From Phoronis australis (lineage: Eukaryota; Animalia; Phoronida), in NCBI GenBank assembly GCA_002633005.1, contig NMRA01000346.1, forward strand, positions 323,594 to 383,014: a DNA stretch of 59,421 bases, written 5' to 3'. Below, in pieces: positions 25,501 to 38,000 of the stretch. Numbering within the stretch: the first letter of the stretch is position 1; every line of letters begins with the position of its first letter. Both the position numbers and the translations under genes were made by a program. The notes below the pieces were generated by a model. It ran no database searches and was not told the DNA's origin. It saw only the letters and a program-made list of their open reading frames with translations.

Positions 25501-25988
25501 TCTTAAAGGTTTTATTACAAAGCGTCAAATTTCGCCGTTATCTACTTGACATTCGCAGAAATCTAGGCCTGAACTTGACGAGTAGGTCCGCCAGCAGAGT
25601 GTTAGATTGCGACCACAGAGGTAACAGATTCGATTCTACGCTGAGGCTGATCTAAAAATTACCTTTCTCCCTTAAAACAATTTTCCACAGTTTATGCTAC
25701 CAAAAACGCATAATGAATTAAGCCACTTTATTTTATGAACTCGGACTGACGATATTCATTATACCAAGACATTAACTGATTTACGTTACAATCAGCGACT
25801 CGAGTAATCACTTCAAAATTTATTGAGGTTGGCTACCACTAACAATGTGAATTCGAAACTGGTTAACAAATAAGCATTGCCCGTTTACCGAGTTGCCAGC
25901 TTATTCGCAAGAATTCGTGATCGAATGGTTGACGTGGTAATGTTTTAAACCCAGTCCCTTTGTTTAGTGATTCAACTTTGACTACATA

Positions 25989-26133
25989 AGGGGAGTCAAG
26001 GGGGCCATGCTCTCCCCCCTAAAATTCTCCCAGATTCCATTTGGCAGCACGGGAGTGCTAATGTCTGACGGCCAAAATCATAATACTCTGCCCTGCCCCC
26101 CCCCTTTAACTCAATATCCTGGATCCGCCTCTG
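25989..26133. mobile_element. MITE remnant ending tcctggatccgcctctg
   Basis: Same terminal motif as 21540-21551; G-run and C-run blocks. Confidence 0.5.
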
Positions 26134-28307
26134 TACTGTTAACAACGGCGAAATGTCCAGTTAAAGCCAACCAACTTTCCTCGCAGGCGTATTTGCTCCT
26201 ATAAAGCAACGTCGTAATGTCATCATTCTTTGCTGGTACCCTAAACCTGGCATTCCCCTGGAACGCCTACATGTACATGCACGACAAGCCCGCCTACTAC
26301 TGGGCCTACAGTAGTCTAAAGCAATGAAGACCTTCTCAAAACAAGAAATCGTTTGTGATCTTATAGGAACAAGATTCAAGGACGTATGTTAGTATTTAAG
26401 GACAAAGTTTCTCATAATTATAGCCTCATGTGCTTAGTTCCGGATACATGAAGAACTTCATATATATATATACGTATAGACACATGACCTACAGCATATA
26501 CGCGCATATACCGTAGGTATGTTGATGATGGATGTAATTTGCTAATTATTAGCACGACACGAGGAATAACAAAAGCGTTGATGACGTGTACTACGACGAT
26601 ATTATTCCAAAAATTAACATCGATCATCCAAAACAAACGAGTTGGCAGCTTCGGATCAGGGGTCAGGCCTATTAAGATCATTTCTGTAAAAAATCGATGA
26701 TTTCTAAATATCACGGCAAACAAAACTCGCTGACAAGAGATATGAAGTGCGATCCGTTTACTCTCCGGGGATCCAATTATTTGAAGGGTTACACCGTAGG
26801 GAACGCGCAGCCCTTTGTCACATTTCTGCCTCTTTGATATAGCAAGTTAGGGTGATTTTCCACACTGATAGCATTTTATCGCAAAATGGCAGCGGCTTGG
26901 AGATGACGAATCTTCAAGAAAATAATTCTTTCAAGTACACAATGCATGAACCCTGGCGAAAACGCTTACGTCACACGATCCAGTTCTGGAACATAGCTTA
27001 CGATATTATTTACTGATCAAGATATTTAAATTTCAAGCGTTATTGAACCCGTGATTCTGTCAAAACCAAATGTTCATTTAGAGCACCTACCGTTATTAAT
27101 TTTGCTGTATCCTTTACCCTATTCAGTTTAGAAGTGATCTCTGAACTCGTTATTTCTTCAGACTAAGCTACATGTAATTTTTATCAGCTTACTCTGCTGA
27201 CTGAACGAGTTGTCAGTTCCATTTAAGCCACGAAACTATCGAATGTTTGACTAAAGAACGATTTGATACAGATTTTATAACCGTTAGTGGCCAGAACCAA
27301 AACTTGCTTTTTGACCGAAAACACGGATCGAAAAATAATGCATTGCATATGAATACATGCAGCACATGTAGCATTCTAGTTGGAACTGTCAGTTCCTCTG
27401 TAAATCGTGAAACACTATACATGTTTTGGTGGCTTCCACGGCCATACGTGCTGAGGATATTTTGTTTGAGACTACATGCGTATCGACAAAGCAGCTTAGT
27501 TTTGTTTCGAAGGTACATGTGCAAAGGTTAATTAATATTTGCATCGTACGTGCATGTACAAATGTGTTATCGGTGCTACATGTATGTGGAAAGAATGATA
27601 TTACGAGGGGAACGGTTCCATAGACGCGTGTGAAAGCTCCGCGCTTATAATGGCGATATCTTGCTCCAAACAAGGCCCGAAAACGGCAAGTGAAAGCAAT
27701 ATCGTTAGATAACGCATGCCAAGGAAGATATCGTGTGTAATATCGCCATACTATTAGGAACATTAGGTACGACCACTGCCTATCTGACCTGCGTAAAGCT
27801 AAGCCATATGTATACGAATTACAATAAATTCCTTAAAATTCATTCATATGATCGAGCACCACATGAGTTCTAATACGATACCAGCATCATGTAGCTAAGA
27901 CAAATAAAAACAAGCAAAAAATTTGAACACTAAGCCAACGTGAAAAGTGTCACATTCTTAACTGTCACTAAAATTATTCGTAACTCCACCGTTTTTCAAC
28001 CGAATTGCACTGCAGTCGTATCATTAGAAAACCCTTCATGAGCTCTCGACGGTGTATGATTAAACAAAGATAATAAATTAAATAATTTAATCCATCAATT
28101 ATTTATATTTCTGTACCGACAGTTTAAATTTTTCAATTCTAAAAAAATAATAGTGCTCACACTCGAAAATAAACAAAGAGTGTAATAATGAAATATTAGC
28201 TAATTAAGTAGGTAATTATACACTATTTTTAAGTAATTTTGGGATATCATAGTAACCTTAAAGAGAATAAAACAGAGCGCTGGACAAAGAAAAGATTTTA
28301 TAATACA

Positions 28308-28781
28308 CAAGGGGGAATCAACAATTGGTCGGATTTCAAAACCAGCTTGCTGGACTGTAAATGGCCGGTGTTCAAACCGGGTGGTCGAACCCCAAAACAG
28401 GTTGGAAGGTAACTCAAAACCAGATGACCGCACCCAAAAAATGGTCGTCCGGACCTAAAACGAGCTGGCCGGTGCCCAAGCACAATGGCCGAAAAAATCG
28501 CTGATATTGAAGAAAAACAAACGGGTACGAAAAATAAAGATGTCACTAGAATACATCGGGACATTCAACGCGATTCTCCGGGGAAGACCGGTCGTCGCTT
28601 TGGTCACCCGCGAACTGGTTATAGCACCGGCCATCGTGTTTTGGATCTAGCCTACTAGATCTTTAGGTGAGGCCATCGCGTTTTAGAGCCCGGACAAAAC
28701 GTTTGATCACTTGCCTTTTAATTTTGCACTCCACCCGAGTGCTTTTGAAATCCAACTACATGTAATTGTTGATTCCCCTTG
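28308..28781. mobile_element. 474-bp MITE with clear TIRs, superfamily unassigned
   Basis: caagggggaatcaacaattggtcggatttcaaaa vs ttttgaaatccaac[tacatgta]attgttgattccccttg; flanks ataca / atacg may be a 5-bp TSD; internal inverted (t)ggccggtg sub-repeats. Confidence 0.85.
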
Positions 28782-29683
28782 ATACGATCCCTCACAGTTG
28801 CTGTGAAGAATTTGGTCAAGCATTCGCTCAAAATTATACATGTTTATACATTAATGAGGCGTGTTCGGTACCGTTTGGTGCAACTGTATTCTTCAGTCAA
28901 AATTAGGATTCTATGACTCACGAAAATTTTGATATACTATATACCAATTACTCCAACTACCTATATGAAATTTGCAGATAAAGGTTTTCTGGCGAACAAA
29001 AAGGACAAACGTCGGTTATGTATTGTAATGTGTAACGGTTGCAGTTTAGGACATACTGTAACATAGACTTAAAACTCCACTCACCTCTTAACAAGGAAAC
29101 AATTAGTGATTTTGATACATTTAATACGGTGTGTCGGTTTAACCCAAGAGACATTGGACATTTTACGAATGCTATGTAATTAAAGAAAGTGAACTGTGGA
29201 AAATGACAGTAGTCATACCAAAGAGACCACTCTGCATGTTATTTGGAAACCTATTGTGTAGTTGTCAAAATTTGGGAATGAAAAAAACGGGGCAACTGGA
29301 TTGAAAAGCGGGACATCAAGGTCTATTCCAAAACGCAAAGTTAAAATGTTTGCCGCAACACCCCTGCAGCGTTTCTTGTCGAACTGGAGATTACGAGTGC
29401 CGTGGAACCCAAAAGCGCCCGACAGTGTTTTTGGAACTGTGGGTTCAGTAAAGATCCATGAAAATAGTTGGCAAGTACACCGTCGGTAACCAAGTATTAG
29501 ATTCTTTTACAATGTCAACCTTTATTATTTTTGAACTTCATTTTATGAATATTACACGTAAATTATATACATGTACATGTAGATATAGATAATATAATCG
29601 CTCAGAAATTGCATTAACGTTACATCTAGGCAACAGGTAAAAATTGCGCAAATAAACAAAAAAATAAAAATATATGCACTCAT

Positions 29684-29752
29684 ACACACACACAAACATA
29701 CACACACACACACACACGCACGCACACACACACACACACACACGCACACACA
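29684..29752. repeat. (CA)n microsatellite
   Basis: Direct, slightly interrupted run. Confidence 0.95.
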
Positions 29753-30677
29753 TTTAGCTACGCAAATAAATACACGAGTAGTTTTTCGAATGTTACGTAA
29801 ATACATAAGTCACTGTCAGTAAAATTTCCATTGATACATGTGACTGCAGAACAAACACTCACAAATCAAAAGTTACATTTTCTGCAATCTACTGTAACAT
29901 AATTTTAACACCAAAATTGTGTTGCTGAAAAACTCCTGGGACGTTATTTCATAGGTTGTCGAAAGTGTGCGGAGATTTTTGTTCGACATCGAAATTACGT
30001 TAATGTCCACTTGACAATTATTTTTTCAACTAAATGTTGAACACCTTCGAAATGCGATTGCCCGTATAAATCGGGACTAAAATCGTTGCAGACTGTCTAC
30101 ATATTACGTGAAGTGACAGACAAATGGCGCGGAAGAGGACTATCTCATGATATTGTTACACCATTATTTTGTTGAGTTTCTGTCATTGTTAACACAGATA
30201 CCTACGTGTCTCTAGTTCTATGCATACTAATTTCATCTATGTACTTTCTACAACCCAGGTATAACGCGTCGGGATTACCGAGTTCGTCATTATTCCCTTG
30301 GACATGTACGTTTTGTGTATTCTTCAATAAATATCACCTTGAAAAACTAGCTACGCCTTGACTCGTTAGATACCTTTACAAAGCTAATCAGTTAAAGATG
30401 AAATGGCAGACTTCAAACTGCAATAGATCAAGTTAGAATGGACATGCTTGTAGTGATTTAAAACAAAATTGACTCGGGTTTGGCTGTATCTCCTTTAGGG
30501 TTACTGTAAAAATTCACTCAATGGCGCAGGTAGGATAACTGCTGCCGTAATCAGAACGGATAACGTTACCCCCTCCCCCCCGAGTTACATGTAAAGGAGA
30601 GGTACTCCAAAGACTGGTGAGGAGGACCGCGGCTAACACCGCGATTCAAAAACTGACAATTTCTACAGAACTAACGT

Positions 30678-30834
30678 CAGTGCTGTAGTGGGGCATAGGC
30701 GCACGTAGGCGCAACCAATCACCTTTTGGGATTTCAACGTAGCGCCTATGCACCGTAAGTTACCTTCAGTGCTCAAGGCGATATGGTGGGCTTTGGGCGC
30801 CTACTGACCTACTAATTTTACCACTACAGCACTA
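30678..30834. mobile_element. hAT-type MITE, 157 bp
   Basis: TIRs cagtgctgtagtgg and ccactacagcacta; 8-bp TSD actaacgt (30670-30677) / cctaacgt (30835-30842). Confidence 0.85.
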
Positions 30835-30941
30835 CCTAACGTTCTTTTCGACTGGAGGTGGAGGCCTGAGATAATTCTTGCCGTCAAGGCAGGGCAACGG
30901 GTCATTGGTTGTAATGAATGACCGGTGTAAATCACGGATTT

Positions 30942-31020
30942 GTTGACTATTTTTCCGAGAAATCGCCTACTGTCTGGAACCCGACATCTAAAGTCTCCCT
31001 TTACGTTGCGTTATGAGAAA
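30942..31020 (+). repeat. Dispersed repeat fragment, copy A (copy B at 40105-40187)
   Basis: gttgactatttttccgagaaatc..tctggaacc..agtctccctt vs gtcgactatttttttccgaaaaatc..tctggaacc..agtctccctt. Confidence 0.7.
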
Positions 31021-32472
31021 ATATGACAAAATAAAAAACGAAGCAATGAGAACGATTGGTTTGATAACTACATGTACAACACTTGATCTCAGTCGAGAGG
31101 AGAACCTGAAATCCACACGTGATATCTCAGTCAGGATCCAAAGCTCTAGCACAAGAACGCGTTGGTCACGTGCAAGGAGTTAAGATTTCATTCTTCAAGT
31201 TTTACCAAGCACGTGTTAAGAACACGTTGTGCCTGTCAGAAAGTGAATAGAGCGCGTGGTTGGTGAGAAAGGAGCAATGTTGGTAAGATCTTCGCAACGA
31301 TAGAAAAGAAATAAAGATGGTGAGAAAAGAACTCACATTAATGAGAACAGAGAGCATTTCATTTACTCTGGAATAAGCGTGCGCAAACGATTAGACTTTG
31401 CATGTTGGCGGCCAGATCGAGGCTAATAGGTACCCCGTAGTTTTAACACCTCTGCCAGTGAACACGACAAAATGATGATATTAATCAATTCGAAGCTTCT
31501 ATTTTGATAATAAGTATGCTCACCTGGTGATACAAATGTACATGTACGGCCGCGTAAGGTGGGGCTTTAAGTTACTTCTACACTTGGTTGAAACCACTCG
31601 CACGGTAATGAATATGAATTAGAACTTCCACTAGAAATGAAAGCACTTTGGTGAAAGCCGGAAGCAAACTATGCTTTCATGCGAGATTATTAGGTCGTGA
31701 CAACGTTTACTCAAACGTGGCTCGTAATCAAATCCTTTGTTGCCTTAATGAAATAGGCTAATTAATTGTTTTTATTGAATTGGTAAAAAGATGTCATTTT
31801 GTAATGGCGTATGTAGGATTTAATTGAACGGGCGTTACATGACGACTCCCTTAATGAAGTTACGTTTAAGATGAGATTTCCTACTTATTAAATTAACCTA
31901 TCTACTTACCCAATGGCTATGTAAACCCAGTCGACTTAGACGACTGTGCCAGTGTAAATGAATCAGAGTTCATCAATGAAATAGAGTATGTATGTAAATA
32001 AAAGAGAGAACAGATGCTCTTGCGCTCACTTTTGCTGTTTTATGTAATACACTGCGTTTGATATGCCCGCACGATAATTTTGATTAATTCGAGCCAGAAA
32101 AGTCGTGTAAGTTGGCACCGACTTAATTTTAATCTAAACGTAGGGAACAAGAAGAGTCCGATGACTGATAATATATCAGTGTTTGCTTTTGCTGCAACCC
32201 AATTGCCTTGAGTTCTCAATTGTTTCTTGTATTAGACATCAATGTACGTCCTGGCGGTCTCGTTACAATACGTCAAGCCAGACATTAAAAATGTTCACGT
32301 ATCACCCATTGCCTATTGCATTAAAAATAGTAAGGCGGAGCGTTGATATCCAGGATGTGCATCGCGTACAGCGTGGACACGGGAGATGGCGTACTGCTAG
32401 TTAATTTAACTATAGCCTTTGGGAGCTGAAAAGCAAGTCAAAAATGCTCTCCTCAATAGGAACACACCTGCA

Positions 32473-33608
32473 ACTAGTCATCATGATTCCTAAAAAAAGT
32501 TTGGGACTCAAAGCAGATGCCAAAGGACACATACTGTAAGTAAGAGAAAGACCAGTAGGGGGCTCCAGTGTAGGTAACATCCATCGGAAACAGAGTACTG
32601 TTGTCGTCCCCGAAACAGTTACTTATTTGCAAAATAATTCATGAACATACATGTACATCATGAATCTTTGTTGATCTCAATGTAAATGCAATTAAGAAAA
32701 CGTTTTCGCCATAAGGCAACTACACGGTTGTCGTTTTTTTCACAAGATCCACAAAAGGCCACTACAGCAGTCAGGCCACGCGTTTTGTCAGTAGGAGCAC
32801 ATGTGCCAATTTCCATAATGATCTTAAGAGTGGTTTGGCCTATAGAAAGCCAGACGTCAAAAATCAAAATGGCTCTAGATTGTAAACAATACGTCGTATT
32901 GACATGGAAGTGGGAACATGTTATCGTCTACATGTATGTAATAATACAGTGTAAATCTATTAGCTGAGTTTCACGCAAATTCGTCAAGGAGCTGTGGAGA
33001 TAAATGAAAACATAACAAACAAACGGCCACTAGGGGGCACAGTGGTAGTCGTATCCGTCCAAGAGTCTTTGCCATATGTTATCTGTATCATAGAAAAATA
33101 CTTGCCGATTTTGACAAAGTTCCTGTATCACTTTTAAGGGATCCAACCACGGATGCAAAAAAAACAAAACTGCTCTAGGATGCACCACAATCATTGGACC
33201 CGTCCAAAAACCACATCCAGTCGTTTCTGTCTCCCTAGAAAACCATATAACGATTTTTCTGATCATTCTTAGACTTGTTTTGCCCATTGAATGGCGGGTT
33301 CAAAAACAAAATCGGCCACTAGGTGGTGCAGAACAGCAAATAACTATTTGCCAAATCTCATTGATATACATCAAGGAACTCTAAAGACAGGGAAGACAAT
33401 GTAAAAAGTCACTAGAAGGCATAGCGGTAGTCGGAACCGCCCGAAAGTTCACAAATGCCCTCCACTTAATGATTAGAACACGTCAGTAAAAAATTTGAAA
33501 AAACATCCAAACAGGGATTTTAGATAAACATCAGCGAATGCTGGACGCTGACGGGACGGACGGACGAGTGGGGATGAAGACATGATGCATCCATCATATC
33601 AATATAAT
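32473..33608 (+). mobile_element. Helentron-associated (HINE / pearl / DINE-like) non-autonomous element; second copy at ~35073-36208
   Basis: Starts actagtcatcatg; degenerate ~140-bp core units marked by (c)ggccactag at 33025, ~33170 and 33312; (GGAC)n tract at ~33555; small terminal hairpin atgatg..catcat. Confidence 0.5.
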
Positions 33609-33610
33609 TG

Positions 33611-33720
33611 TGTGTGTCTGTCAGTCTGTCTGTCTATATGTTTGTATGTCTGTCTGTCTATATGTTTGTATGTCTGTCTGTCTATATGTTTGTATGTCTG
33701 TCTGTCTGTTTGTGTGCCCG
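33611..33720. repeat. (GTCT)n-type compound microsatellite with 24-bp higher-order units
   Basis: gtctgtctgtctatatgtttgtat occurs three times here and once in the duplicate copy. Confidence 0.9.
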
Positions 33721-34502
33721 TGTGTTTGAGTCAGTGATTTTTATTGTGGTTGCCGCATAATACCTCTACTTGACGTCACGAACTGTGCCTGATGAGGACA
33801 TGAATTTTTGCGACCTCCGTTCATTCGTAATGCAAAAGCAGAAATATTAAGTTACGAGTGTACACCGCGACCAAAGTATCCGAACCACAGAACGCATTCT
33901 GATAGTGACGTTTCGGGGGACTGAAGTTTTGGTACAACGCCTCTAAATACCCATGGAGTGTGATTGAACTAAGTCATATCTGCATGCGCGTTTTGTTTGT
34001 CAAACTATGCATCGACGCACTTGTCGCGCACACATACATGTATAGGTACTTGAGTTTGTAATAACAATCCGCACACCTTAACACATTATACACTTCCGTC
34101 AATATTGACTTAAGCAGACTAGGAGGAAAAGCTCTCGGAAGATCTGGTTCTTGTGAATAATGAAGAACCGCTTGGATCGGCCACAGACGGCGAAGCACGC
34201 ATAAATAACAATAAACTTTCACTAATATAAGAGCAACGGGAATTCTGCTTATGAATACTGATAGCTCGGAGCTTGATGTCAGAAACAGGTGCCAGCTTGG
34301 AACAATATTTTGCATAGCTAGGTTAATAGCAGACGATGGTGCTTGCGTACATTGACTATGATAGAACTTTTCGCTCCAGAGTAACCTAGTAACATGTGTC
34401 TAGTAGCGTATACGCCACGTGCCACTCGGATAGGTCGGTCGTTCACCGCCAGACTCACTGCGTTAAGGCACACTCTCTGAGTTTGGAATTCCCAAAAGGG
34501 CC

Positions 34503-35049
34503 NNNNNNNNNNNNNNNNNNNNNNNNNNNNNNNNNNNNNNNNNNNNNNNNNNNNNNNNNNNNNNNNNNNNNNNNNNNNNNNNNNNNNNNNNNNNNNNNNN
34601 NNNNNNNNNNNNNNNNNNNNNNNNNNNNNNNNNNNNNNNNNNNNNNNNNNNNNNNNNNNNNNNNNNNNNNNNNNNNNNNNNNNNNNNNNNNNNNNNNNNN
34701 NNNNNNNNNNNNNNNNNNNNNNNNNNNNNNNNNNNNNNNNNNNNNNNNNNNNNNNNNNNNNNNNNNNNNNNNNNNNNNNNNNNNNNNNNNNNNNNNNNNN
34801 NNNNNNNNNNNNNNNNNNNNNNNNNNNNNNNNNNNNNNNNNNNNNNNNNNNNNNNNNNNNNNNNNNNNNNNNNNNNNNNNNNNNNNNNNNNNNNNNNNNN
34901 NNNNNNNNNNNNNNNNNNNNNNNNNNNNNNNNNNNNNNNNNNNNNNNNNNNNNNNNNNNNNNNNNNNNNNNNNNNNNNNNNNNNNNNNNNNNNNNNNNNN
35001 NNNNNNNNNNNNNNNNNNNNNNNNNNNNNNNNNNNNNNNNNNNNNNNNN
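34503..35049. other. Assembly gap (547 N)
   Basis: N run. Confidence 0.99.
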
Positions 35050-38000
35050 TCCTCAATAGGAACACACCTGCAACTAGTCATCATGATTCCTAAAAAAAGT
35101 TTGGAACTCAAAGCAGATGCCAAAGGACACATACTGTAAGTAAGAGAAAGACCAGTAGGGGGCTCCAGTGTAGGTAACATCCATCGGAAACAGAGTACTG
35201 TTGTCGCCGCCGAAACAGTTACTTATGTGCAAAATAATTCATGAACATACATGTACATCAAGAATCTTTGTTGATCTCAATGTAAATGCAATTAAGAAAA
35301 CGTTTTCGCCATAAGGCAACTGCACGGTTGTCGGTTTTTTCACAAGATCCACAAAAGGCCACTACAGCAGTCAGGCCACGCGTTTTGTCAGTAGGAGCGC
35401 ATGTGCCAATTTCCATAATGATCTTAAGAGTGGTTTGGCCTATAGAAAGCCAGAGGTCAAAAATCAAAATGGCTCTAGATTGTAAACAATACGTCGTATT
35501 GACATGGAAGTGGGAACATGTTATCGTCTACATGTATGTAATAATACAGTGTAAATCTATTAGCTGAGTTTCACGCAAATTCGTCAAGGAGCTGTGGAGA
35601 TAAAAACGAAAACATAACAAACAAACGGCCACTAGGGGGCATAGTGATAGTCGTATCCGTCCAAGAGTCTTTGCCATATGTTATCTGCATCATAGAAAAA
35701 TACTTGCCGATTTTGACAAAGTTCCTGTATCACTTTTAAGGGATCCAACCACGGATGCAAAAAAAAACAAAACTGCTCTAGGATGCACCACAATCATTGG
35801 ACCCGTCCAAAAACCACATCCAGTCGTTTCTGTCTCCCTAGAAAACCATATAACGATTTTTCTGATCATTCTTAGACTTGTTTTGCCCATTGAATGGCGG
35901 GTTCAAAACAAAATCGGCCACTAGGTGGTGCAGAACAGGAAATAAGTATTTGCCAAATCTCATTGATATACATCAAGGAACTCTAAAGACAGGGAAGAAA
36001 ATGTAAAAGTCACTAGAAGGCATAGCGGTAGTCGGAACCGCCCGAAAGTTCACAAATGCCCTCCACTTAATGATTAGAACACGTCAGTAAAATTGCAGAA
36101 ACATCCAAAAAGGGATGATTTTAGATAAACATCAGCGAATGCTGGACGCTGACGGGGCGGACGGACGAGTGGGGATAAAGACATGATGCATCCATCATAT
36201 CAATATAATTGTGTGTGTCTGTCAGTCTGTCTGTCTATATGTTTGTATGTCTGTCTGTCTGTCTGTTTGTGTGCCCGTGTGTTTGAGTCAGTGATTTTTA
36301 TTGTGGTTGCTGCATAATACCTCTACTTGACGTCACGAACTGTGCCTGATGATGACATGAATTTTTTGCGACCTCCGTTCATTCGTAATGCAAAAGCAGA
36401 AATATTAAGTTACGACTGTACACTGCGACCAAAGTATCCGAACCACAGAACGCATTCTGATAGTGGCGTTTCGGGGGACTGAAGTTTTGGTACAACGCCT
36501 CTAAATACCCATGGACTGTGACTGAACTAAGTCATATCCCGCATGCGCGTTTTGTTTGTCAAACTATGCATCGACGCACTTGTCGCGCACACATATAGGT
36601 ACTTGAGTTTGTAATAACAATCCGCACACCTTAACGCATTATACACTTCCGTCAATATTGACTTAAGCAGTCTAGGAGGAAAAGCTCTCGGAAGATCTGG
36701 TACTAGTGAATAATGAAGAACCGCTTGGATCGGCCACAGACGGCGAAGCACGCATAAATAACAATAAACTTTCACTAATATAAGAGCAACGGGAATTCCG
36801 CTTATGAATACTGATAGCTCGGAGCTTGATGTCAGAAACAGGTGCCAGCTTGGAACAATATTTTGCATAGCTAGGTTAATAGCAGACGATGGTGCTTGCG
36901 TACATTGACTATGATAGAACTTTTCGCTCCAGAGTAACCTAGTAACATGTTCCTAGTAGCGTATACGCCACGTGCCACTCGGATAGGTCGGTCGTTCACC
37001 GCCAGACTCACTGCGTTAAGGCACACTCTCTGAGTTTGGAATTCCCAAAAGGGCCCGTTTTGAGAACTCTACAAAAAGGAACATGTTTAATACGAGTTTG
37101 TTGTCTGAAAAATATTATACATGTAGTTACTGAGGCACTGTACAACAACATTATAAGTCGCACTGTCACTTTAGATTGAGGTGCTGCGCTAACAACTTCA
37201 GTATGTTGCCTGAGGGCTTCTAATTGAAAGGGTACTACATGTATCTTCTTCAAGGCACTTGTCCTAATATTTTTGATAATTGCCATCGACAATGCGCGTG
37301 TATGCCTTACCCGTGCATGTGACTCAGTTTTAAGATCGGGGCATTTAGGGCACTAGAGCTAATCAGTTCTTTCAGTCACAACACCATATTTATTTTTCTT
37401 ATTGTGCATGAAGTTTCTTTGATGCTGCCGTAAACGGGAATTGCGTAAGTTGTGGTTATGAATTATGATGATGTTTTTTATGTGCTAGCCGAAACGTCGT
37501 AAATGTTATAAATATGTCTGGAACGTGGTAAGCATATTCAGAGGTAACTCGACCTGCGCTCAAGTGTTGTCTTACATTTTATAAGCCGCATGAATAAAGT
37601 GATTTTACTTCCACGTTGACTACACTCAAATCCAAAATTGAAGTGTCATTTTTAAACGGCCGAGCATTTACATGTACTACAAACTTAATAGCAAAATTGG
37701 AAAATCGTGTGAAATGTTGAGCACATGGCAGTCGATGTTTAGGAATGGTTGGGGTTTTTAGTACAAGGCGCCCGGATAACATCAGTTACAGAAGTATATA
37801 AGGGTTGCTTTATGAGCTTGAGAATGAGTTCAGCTATACATGTACGCGTTAGTTAATCAGATATCCGTCGGAACTATTATTGGTCGTTAGCAAAGCATTT
37901 AGAACGGTGTAACTGGATAAATGAAATTGTATTTGAACAGACGAGCTATTTCGAGACCTGCCTGTTATCTGTACCTCGTTAAAACTGGCAACAACTCCGA

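Larger units (their letters stand above)
32450..37055. repeat. ~2-kb direct duplication straddling a gap (32450-34502 and 35050-37055); probably two uncollapsed haplotypes
   Basis: Near-identical sequence with scattered SNPs and indels; copy 1 ends and copy 2 begins exactly at the gap edges. Confidence 0.93.

Noticed and set aside
25575-25650. tRNA or tRNA-derived SINE head (gattcgattct resembles a B box)
   Set aside because: No cloverleaf and a poor A box; too degenerate to support.
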